Shown here one piece after another: positions 56,713-64,000 of a stretch of DNA of 64,000 nt; positions within the stretch are counted from its first letter, which is position 1; every line of letters starts with the position of its first letter. The stretch spans positions 52-64,051 of the forward strand of contig CAZOQA010000005.1 of NCBI GenBank assembly GCA_964581775.1. Reading direction: 5' to 3'. This DNA is from an uncultured Thermoplasmatales archaeon. Its GTDB lineage: Archaea; Thermoplasmatota; SW-10-69-26. A program made the translations under genes and the position numbers. The notes under the pieces were generated by a model. The model made no database searches and had not been told where the DNA came from. It was given only the letters and a program-made list of their open reading frames with translations.

Positions 56713-57786
56713 TTAGACCTCGTCGATCATCTCGAGCACCATCGTCTCGACCTTGTCGTCGCGGCGGCCCAGGGCGTACTCGACAATCCAGGGCACGTCC
56801 GTGGGTTCGATGCCGTACTCGCTTAGCGGTTCGCGCTCGATCCCGACCCGGTCGATGAGATCCAGGACGCCTTCCTGAGCGGTGGCCGCGTCGAGCGCGT
56901 CCGCGATCCGCTGGGCGCGCTCGGGTTGTCGCTCCTCTTCGAAGGCCATCACAACGGGCAACGTGAGAGCGCTCGTTACGCCGTGCGGGACGTCCCATGT
57001 GGAGCCGAGGGCCTTGCCCAGCTTGTGGGAGAGCCCGGCGCCGCTTCCGGCGTAGTTGATGCCTGCTGAGGCTTCTCGACCGGCCTCCAGGCACTGCGTG
57101 TGCGCGGTCTCGTCCTTGGCGTCCTCGACGGCGGGGGGTAGGTGCTCGTCGAAGAGCTCCAGCGCTCGCGTGCATCGCGTGTCGACCGCGTCGTCCGCGT
57201 CGGGACTCGTGATGCCTTCAGCGGCGTGATCCACCGCGCGGATGCCCGTGGCAGCCCACAGCCATCGGGGCGTGAACGAGCAGGCTTCCGCGTCCAAGAG
57301 CGCCACGTCCGGCACGATGCGGGGGTCGCTCATACCAGTCTTCACGGGTTTGCCGTCGGGGCCTTCCACGGTCCACCCGGCCAGGATCGTGAACTCGGCC
57401 CCAGAGAGCGTCGTGGGGACGCTCACATGCGCGGGGATGGCGTCCTCGAACCCGTTGGAAGCCTCGCGCTGCACGAACTTGGCCGCGTCGATGACGCTGC
57501 CGCCGCCGATGCTCACGAGCACGTCCGCGTCGGCTTGTTGGGCGCCTTCGATGGCTTTGTTCACGTTCTCTTGAGGGCCGTGTTGCCCGATGCCGACGTG
57601 CGTGCCCGCGTGGGCGTCGCCGAGGGCGTGCTCGATGTCGCTGACGAGGGGCGTTTCCCGCTCGACGCTGCCGCTTGCGATCACGAAGGCGCGCTCGCGG
57701 TCCCCGGCTTGGAGGGCCTTTTCGACCTCGTGCCGGGCGCCGGGTTTGTTGAGCACGTCGGGTTCGCGGATCGAGCCTCCGGTCAT
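56713..57786 (-). CDS. Fe-containing alcohol dehydrogenase family, maleylacetate-reductase-like
   Basis: IGGGSVIDAAK, VPTTLSGAE, RAVDHAAE, SHKLGKALG...PHG; only the last ~357 aa of the 852-aa ORF are real. Confidence 0.8.
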   Translation of the reverse strand: MTGGSIREPDVLNKPGARHEVEKALQAGDRERAFVIASGSVERETPLVSDIEHALGDAHAGTHVGIGQHGPQENVNKAIEGAQQADADVLVSIGGGSVIDAAKFVQREASNGFEDAIPAHVSVPTTLSGAEFTILAGWTVEGPDGKPVKTGMSDPRIVPDVALLDAEACSFTPRWLWAATGIRAVDHAAEGITSPDADDAVDTRCTRALELFDEHLPPAVEDAKDETAHTQCLEAGREASAGINYAGSGAGLSHKLGKALGSTWDVPHGVTSALTLPVVMAFEEERQPERAQRIADALDAATAQEGVLDLIDRVGIEREPLSEYGIEPTDVPWIVEYALGRRDDKVETMVLEMIDEV

Positions 57787-57851
57787 CGCTGGGTCAAGGC
57801 TGGGGGTGGCGTATGGGCGTTGCGGTCCCGGGGGGGGGGCGCCCGGCGGGG

Positions 57852-59003
57852 TCACTCTTGCCAGCTGAGGGGGTAGTCCGCATCGTCGACGCGGCGGGCC
57901 CACTCGGTCGTCTTGAAGGGGCTGTCGGCTTCGATCATGACGCTGGTCTCCTCGACCTCTTCCACGCCGATGGAGCCCTCGTAGCGGCCGGGTTGGGGGC
58001 CGTGGTGGAGCCCGCGGCGGTGGATCGTCATGGACTCGTCCGAGATGCCTTCCCGCGAGGAGAACTCGCCTTCGACGTAGAAGATGACCTCGTCCGTGTC
58101 GATGTTGCTGTGGTAGTAGGGCGCGGGGATCGCGTCCGGGTGGTAGTCGACCTTGCGGGGGACCCAGCTTATGACCTCGAAGCTGTCCGTCTCGAACGTG
58201 ACGTGCTCGGGCGGGGGTTGGTGGATCTTGCCCGTGATGGGTTCGTAGTCGCTGATGTTGAACGTGAAGGGGTAGTTGTAACCGTCCCATCCGACCACGT
58301 CGAAGGGGTGGTTGCCGAGGTCGTACGTGCTGATCGTGTCGTCGATCTTGACGTCCAGCTCGAAGCTTCCCTCTTCGTTGTTCGTGATGAGGTTCTTGGG
58401 GCCGTGAAGGTCGCGTTCGCTGTAGGGGGCGCCTTCGACGAGCTGTCCCCATTCGTTCACGAACGTCTTGGGGACCCGGATGGGGTCCGTGGTCTCGATG
58501 AGGTAGAACTTGTGCCCGGTCGCGTTGCGGAAGCGGTACGTGGTGCCGCGGGGCACGTGGAGGTAGTCGCCTTCGCGGTAGTAGACCTCGCCGAACACGG
58601 TGTCGAGGTAGCCTTCTCCTTCGCGGACGAACCAGAGCTCGTCGGCGCCTCCGTTGCGGAAGAAGCGATCCATGGGTTCGTCGGGGTTCACCATGGCGAG
58701 GTTGGCTTCGTCGTTGAACAGGACGACCCGGCGCGCGTCGATGGCGTCGCCGGTGCCGCCGATCTTGCCGCAGCGGAAGTGGTGGTGGCGGTGTTGTTCG
58801 GGTTCCCACGCCTCGGGAGCGACGTTGCGGGAGCCTAGCAGGTCGTTGACCTCGGTGGGGGCGTGGTGGTGGTAGAGGATGCTTTCGACACCCTCGAAGC
58901 CCTCGGTCCCGAACACCTCTTCGCGAAGCAGCTGTCCTTCCTCGGTGCGGAACTCGGTGTGCCGCTTGGGCGGCACCTCGCCCATCTTGTTGTACGGGGG
59001 CAT
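57852..59003 (-). CDS. hmgA: Homogentisate 1,2-dioxygenase
   Basis: NGGADELWF, HPFDVVGWDGY, KIHQPPP.H, PYYHSNID.DE, GLHHGP. Confidence 0.95.
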   Translation of the reverse strand: MPPYNKMGEVPPKRHTEFRTEEGQLLREEVFGTEGFEGVESILYHHHAPTEVNDLLGSRNVAPEAWEPEQHRHHHFRCGKIGGTGDAIDARRVVLFNDEANLAMVNPDEPMDRFFRNGGADELWFVREGEGYLDTVFGEVYYREGDYLHVPRGTTYRFRNATGHKFYLIETTDPIRVPKTFVNEWGQLVEGAPYSERDLHGPKNLITNNEEGSFELDVKIDDTISTYDLGNHPFDVVGWDGYNYPFTFNISDYEPITGKIHQPPPEHVTFETDSFEVISWVPRKVDYHPDAIPAPYYHSNIDTDEVIFYVEGEFSSREGISDESMTIHRRGLHHGPQPGRYEGSIGVEEVEETSVMIEADSPFKTTEWARRVDDADYPLSWQE

Positions 59004-59124
59004 GCTGCTCGACCTCGACCCCGGATGGGCGAACGCCTAGATAAAGGACCCGAGGGGTGACATATCGTCCCGTGGGTGGGGTGGGGGCGAAGGGACAAAG
59101 GGGCCGGCTATCTCTGCTGGACGG

Positions 59125-59394
59125 GTGGCACACCACGTCTACGTTCTCCGTTGCACGGACGGGACGCTCTACACGGGGTACACGACGGACGTCCAGCGGC
59201 GGGTCCAGGAGCACGACGAGGGTCGGGCGGCCAAGTACACGCGTGGCCGCACGCCGGTCGAGCTGGTGCACGTGGAGACGTTCCAGTCGCGCTCTGCGGC
59301 GATGAAGCGGGAAGCGGAGATCAAGAGGAGGCCACGGTCCGCCAAGCTGGCGCTCGTGGAGACCAGCCTGGGGCTTGAGGGGACGACCGGGTGA
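59125..59394 (+). CDS. GIY-YIG nuclease (UPF0213)
   Basis: VYVLRCTDGTLYTGYTTDVQRRV.EH..G..AKYTR, A.KRE..IK. Confidence 0.92.
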   Translation: MAHHVYVLRCTDGTLYTGYTTDVQRRVQEHDEGRAAKYTRGRTPVELVHVETFQSRSAAMKREAEIKRRPRSAKLALVETSLGLEGTTG

Positions 59395-59416
59395 TGTCTG
59401 AGCGGGGGGTCGCCTG

Positions 59417-60460
59417 TCAGGAGGTCGCCGGGGATCGGGAGGCCAGGGAGTACCGTCGCGCCTGGCCCACGATCTCCTCCGGTGAGGCCTCCGGGTCGCC
59501 CGGTTCCGTGGGGGTCTCGAGGGCCACGGTGAGCTCTTCGGGGTCCGCAGCGGCGAGGGCGGAGATGTTCCCGAGGCCCGCGTGGACGAGCCGTTCAGCG
59601 GTCCCAGGCCCGATGCCGTCGATCATGACCATCATCTCGGCCACGTGCTTCCACGAGCGCAGCCGGTCGGCGGGGAGCCCCGTGGCGCCCTGGACCTCCT
59701 CGATGTCCGCGTACAGGAACGTGTCCGTCGTCGCGACGCCGTGCTCCTCGAGCATCCTCGCCTGGGGCGAGGAGACGCCCGGGACCTCGTCCATGCGGTA
59801 CGTGCTCGCGGGATCGAGATCCTGAGCAAGGAACTCGTGCGGGGTCTCCCCTTCGAGGTGTTCGACAGCTTCGCCGGTCGCGCCCAGATGCTCAAGCAAA
59901 AGGCCCTCGCGACGATGGATCTCGTCCAAGCGCTGGTCGACGCGACGCATCCAGACCTCGACCTCCTCGCGCGTGAGCGTCTGCTTGAGGCGGTCCTCGA
60001 GGTCCAAAAGCTTGGCCTCTTGCCGCTCGTGGGAGGCCTCCATCCGGTCCTGGGCTTGCTCCTGAAGCGTGTGCGAGGAGTGCCCCTCCTCGTGCAGGCG
60101 CGAAAGCTCGCGCGTCGAGCTCGACACCGTCTCAAGCACCTCCATCGGGGGGCTTCGTGCCTCCTCCAAGGCGGATTCCACCTTCCGCTCGAGCTCCCGG
60201 AGGCTCCCCCGCGCCTTCGCGACCGTGAACGCGAACAGCAACGAGGCGGGGACCAGCACGACCAAGCCGCCCACGATGCCGGACAAGGTCGCATCCGAGA
60301 CCAACATGCCTAACGACGAGACGCCGGCGAGGGCGACGCCGGCCAACCCGATCACGCCTAGCGCGAACAGGAAGGCGACCACGAGAAGACGCGGGCGCGC
60401 GATTCCAAGCGATCCCTTCGATCCATCACCGGACATCGGGGTGGGAGGCATACGATCCAA
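59417..60460 (-). CDS. Membrane-anchored coiled-coil protein with C-terminal HhH/DUF4332-like domain
   Basis: Two TMs, coiled coil, then VPGVS...LEEHGV..T and IDGIGPGTAERLVHAG. Confidence 0.65.
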   Translation of the reverse strand: MDRMPPTPMSGDGSKGSLGIARPRLLVVAFLFALGVIGLAGVALAGVSSLGMLVSDATLSGIVGGLVVLVPASLLFAFTVAKARGSLRELERKVESALEEARSPPMEVLETVSSSTRELSRLHEEGHSSHTLQEQAQDRMEASHERQEAKLLDLEDRLKQTLTREEVEVWMRRVDQRLDEIHRREGLLLEHLGATGEAVEHLEGETPHEFLAQDLDPASTYRMDEVPGVSSPQARMLEEHGVATTDTFLYADIEEVQGATGLPADRLRSWKHVAEMMVMIDGIGPGTAERLVHAGLGNISALAAADPEELTVALETPTEPGDPEASPEEIVGQARRYSLASRSPATS

Positions 60461-60557
60461 GAGTTCAGCGGATCTGTTGAAAGGGGTTCTCTCACAGGGT
60501 TCGAAAGGACACCGCCCCCCTGCAACCTACCGGTTTACTGCCACCACGCTCCCACCC

Positions 60558-61304
60558 TTACAACAGGAAGCGGACCCCGATGACGGCCAACACGATGCCG
60601 AAAGCCCGACGCAAACGAGCCTCCGGCGTGATCAACGCCAGCTTCGCCCCCAACCGCCCCCCCACCATGGCGCCCACAGCCAACGGGACCCCGATCGCGA
60701 GCATCGCCGGCCACATGCCCAGCACCGCCTGCGTCACCGCGGCGAACGTCCCGTTCGCGATGACGCCCACCAGGCTCGTCGCGACCGCCACGTGCATCGG
60801 GACCCCCAACAAGGCCAGCCCCGGCGTCATCACGACCCCCCCGCCCACGCCCAAGAACCCCGTCAACGTGCCGGCAAGCAGCCCCAGAAGGAACGTCGCC
60901 CCCGGGAACCCGATGCGGCCCTCCGGCTGAGCCGCCAGCGCCAACCTCAGCCCGACCAGGATCATCAGGACGCCGAACGCGGACGCGAGCAACGTCCCCG
61001 AGAGATCCTCCGCGACGACGCTGGACACGACCGCGCCCAACACGCCGCCCCCCGCCAAGCGTGCGCCCTTGCGCCAATCCACGTTGCCCGCACGATGGTG
61101 ACGCGCCACCGCGATCGTGCTCCCGAACACGACCACCATCAAGGACGCCGCTTTGGCCTCGTGGAAGCTGTCCGTGGCGATCCACAACGCCGCCGGGACC
61201 GCCACCACGCCACCCCCCAACCCGAACAAGCCCGAGATGACGCCCGCAGCCAGGCCCGCCAGGACCACGAGCACGATGCTGGAGACGGACGCACCGAGCA
61301 CCAT
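60558..61304 (-). CDS. Sulfite exporter TauE/SafE family protein
   Basis: SGLFGLGGG...VP and GFLGVGGG...P duplicated motif; AVATSL. Confidence 0.9.
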   Translation of the reverse strand: MVLGASVSSIVLVVLAGLAAGVISGLFGLGGGVVAVPAALWIATDSFHEAKAASLMVVVFGSTIAVARHHRAGNVDWRKGARLAGGGVLGAVVSSVVAEDLSGTLLASAFGVLMILVGLRLALAAQPEGRIGFPGATFLLGLLAGTLTGFLGVGGGVVMTPGLALLGVPMHVAVATSLVGVIANGTFAAVTQAVLGMWPAMLAIGVPLAVGAMVGGRLGAKLALITPEARLRRAFGIVLAVIGVRFLL

Positions 61305-61489
61305 TCAGGGCCCCCAACCCACACGTCCCGTATAACGGACCTCCTTCGCACCAAGCCTTAGCATGGGTCCGCGAATCAACCACACGCGACTCAAGCCCGC
61401 ATGGAGAAGCTTTTAATGAGGAAGCTTGCCTCTTGGCCCTCGCTGGAAGCCTTCTCCCCAGGGCAGACTGGCAACCAGCAGGTGCGTAC

Positions 61490-63421
61490 ATGGACGAAGA
61501 AGGACTCGTCTGGATGGTCGGAGGACCCCAGGGATCAGGCGTCGAATCAGCGGCTCGGCTCTACGCGACCACCGTCGCACGGGGCGGGCTCAACGTGATC
61601 GGGCAGCGCGAGTACTACTCCAACATCAAAGGGAAGCACTCGTACACGAAGATCCGGGCCGCGGGAGGGCAGATCCGCAGCCCCATCGACAAGGTCCACT
61701 TCCTGGCCACGTACGAGAACGAGACGCTCGCCCGGCACGTGCAAGACTACCGCGCCCTGGTCGAGGGAGGTGGCGTCCTCTACGATCCGACCCTGACCGA
61801 CGATCCCGTCTCCGAGATCCGGTTCATGGACGACCGCGTCAAGGCCGACATCCAGGAGGACCTTGACCTGCCCATGGACGAGATCACCGTCCAAGACCTT
61901 CTCGACAAGGCCAGCGACGAAGGGCTCCGACTGTTCGAGTTCCCCTACGAAGAGCTTCAAAAACAGATCGCAGACGAACTCGGCATGGACGATCACCACA
62001 AGCTGCAGATCCTCAAGAACACGATGGCGACGGCCGCATCCATCGCGATGCTCGACTTCGGGCTTGAGGAGCTCTACGACACCCTTGAAGCGGTGTTCGG
62101 GGACAAGGGTGAGCGCATCATCGAGATGAACAAGACCGCCGCCCGCGTCAGCGCCGAGTACATGTGGGACACCTTCGAGGCCTTCGAGTTCACCATCGAA
62201 CCCGTCGACCCCGGCGAGGAGCGGCTTTACCTGCAGGGCACCGACGCGGTGGCCCTGGGCAAGATGATGGCCGGATGCAGGATGCAGACCTACTACCCCA
62301 TCTCACCGGCCACGGACGAATCCGTCTACCTCGAAGGCAAGTCCGACAGCGGCGTCGTCGTGGTCCAGACCGAAGACGAGATCAGCGCCGTGGACATGGC
62401 CATCGGCGCCGCGTTGACGGGAGCCCGGGCCGCGACCAGCACCAGCGGGCCAGGGCTGAACCTGATGGTGGAAGGCCTCGGGTTCGCGGGGATCTGCGAG
62501 GTCCCGCTCGTGGTCGTGGATTACCAGCGAGGAGGGCCCTCTACGGGGATGCCCACGCGCACCGAGCAAGGGGACCTCCAGTTCGCGCTGAACCTGGGGA
62601 ACGGGACGTTCCCCCGGCTGGTGCTCGCCCCCGGGGACCTCGAGGAGATGTTCCACGACACGATCGACGCGTTCAACTACGCAGAACGGTTCCAGACGCC
62701 CGTCATCCTCCTCCCGGACAAGGACCTGGCCGGGAACATGCACACGGTCGAATCGTTCGACGTAGAGCAGGCTTCCATCGACCGAGGCAAGCTGTTGACC
62801 GAGGACGAACTCGCCGAGACCGCCCGGCACGACGACACCGACATCCACCGTCGCTTCGACGAGGTAGAAGACGGCATCTCGCCCCGAAGCATCCAGGGCC
62901 AAGAAGGCGGAATCCACTGGCTGACCAGCGACGAACACACGGCGGTCGGCCACATCACGGAGGACGTGATCCGACGCGAGAAAATCCTCGAGAAGCGCCA
63001 ACAGAAGCTGGAGACAGCAGCCCAGCAGATCCCCAGCGAGCGCAAGATCGCACGTTTTGGACCCGAGAACGCCGAGGTCACGGTCCTCACGTGGGGGACC
63101 CCCAAGGGAGCCGTCCTCGACGCGATGGAGCGACTCAACCGTGACGGGGACCTCGTGAACCTGCTCCAGCTTCGCATCCTATCCCCCTTCCCCGATGACG
63201 AGATCCAACAGACCGTCGCGAACGCGCAACGCACCGTCACGCTCGAGAACAACTACACCGGGCAACTGGCCCGCCTAATCCGGGAACGAACCGGTCACCA
63301 GGTCGACCACCAGGTCGTCAAGTACAACGGACGCCCCATCATGCAAGACGAGGTCGAAGACACCGTGGAGAAGGTCCGCAAGAAAGCTCCCGAGCGCATC
63401 GTCCTACGAGGAGGGATCTGA
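61490..63421 (+). CDS. korA: 2-oxoacid:ferredoxin oxidoreductase alpha subunit
   Basis: GGPQGSGV, YPISPAT, EDEISA, TSGPG..LMVE, QRGGPSTGMPT. Confidence 0.95.
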   Translation: MDEEGLVWMVGGPQGSGVESAARLYATTVARGGLNVIGQREYYSNIKGKHSYTKIRAAGGQIRSPIDKVHFLATYENETLARHVQDYRALVEGGGVLYDPTLTDDPVSEIRFMDDRVKADIQEDLDLPMDEITVQDLLDKASDEGLRLFEFPYEELQKQIADELGMDDHHKLQILKNTMATAASIAMLDFGLEELYDTLEAVFGDKGERIIEMNKTAARVSAEYMWDTFEAFEFTIEPVDPGEERLYLQGTDAVALGKMMAGCRMQTYYPISPATDESVYLEGKSDSGVVVVQTEDEISAVDMAIGAALTGARAATSTSGPGLNLMVEGLGFAGICEVPLVVVDYQRGGPSTGMPTRTEQGDLQFALNLGNGTFPRLVLAPGDLEEMFHDTIDAFNYAERFQTPVILLPDKDLAGNMHTVESFDVEQASIDRGKLLTEDELAETARHDDTDIHRRFDEVEDGISPRSIQGQEGGIHWLTSDEHTAVGHITEDVIRREKILEKRQQKLETAAQQIPSERKIARFGPENAEVTVLTWGTPKGAVLDAMERLNRDGDLVNLLQLRILSPFPDDEIQQTVANAQRTVTLENNYTGQLARLIRERTGHQVDHQVVKYNGRPIMQDEVEDTVEKVRKKAPERIVLRGGI

Positions 63422-64000
<579 letters not shown>

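Noticed and set aside
57787-59271. 852-aa ORF 56713-59271 as one large protein or a fusion with HmgA
   Set aside because: The upstream part is an off-frame read of hmgA; only the segment from the ATG at 57786 has Fe-ADH motifs
44274-59394. Defence island or provirus (vapBC, DUF429, GIY-YIG, coiled-coil membrane protein)
   Set aside because: Genes are scattered among housekeeping genes; no integrase, att repeats, capsid, packaging or restriction genes

Overview
Core-genome window from a high-GC archaeon (roughly two-thirds GC by eye) with an acidic proteome, probably a halophile. Archaeal markers include aIF-1A, Rio1, Dim2/Pno1, type II GAPDH, archaeal LeuRS/ValRS/AspRS, AMP phosphorylase plus form III RuBisCO, an archaeosortase and many short TATA-box leaderless promoters. 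The GuaA and GAPDH sequence styles suggest Thermoplasmatota rather than Halobacteria (inference). About 70 tightly packed CDSs cover translation, central carbon metabolism (PDH E1, 2-oxoacid:ferredoxin oxidoreductase, TPI), O2-dependent aromatic catabolism (HppD, HmgA, FAH, P450), metal uptake, stress proteins and cell-surface proteins. No rRNA, tRNA, CRISPR array, IS element or integrase was found. The best novel candidate is an unannotated ~100-nt minus-strand small RNA at 41307-41414. It has its own BRE/TATA promoter, a perfect 11-bp terminal stem, two 11-nt internal repeats and an oligo-U end, and lies just downstream of an NYN-LOTUS RNase gene. Other leads: an archaeosortase plus Tat substrate inserted into the aIF1A-Rio1-Dim2 cluster, a maleylacetate-reductase-like gene and a P450 behind hmgA, a degenerate cyclophilin-FKBP lipoprotein, a YdaT/YdaD-like stress cluster, and kilobase-scale alternating C-rich/G-rich strand skew. 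All family assignments come from motif recognition by eye; no searches were run.
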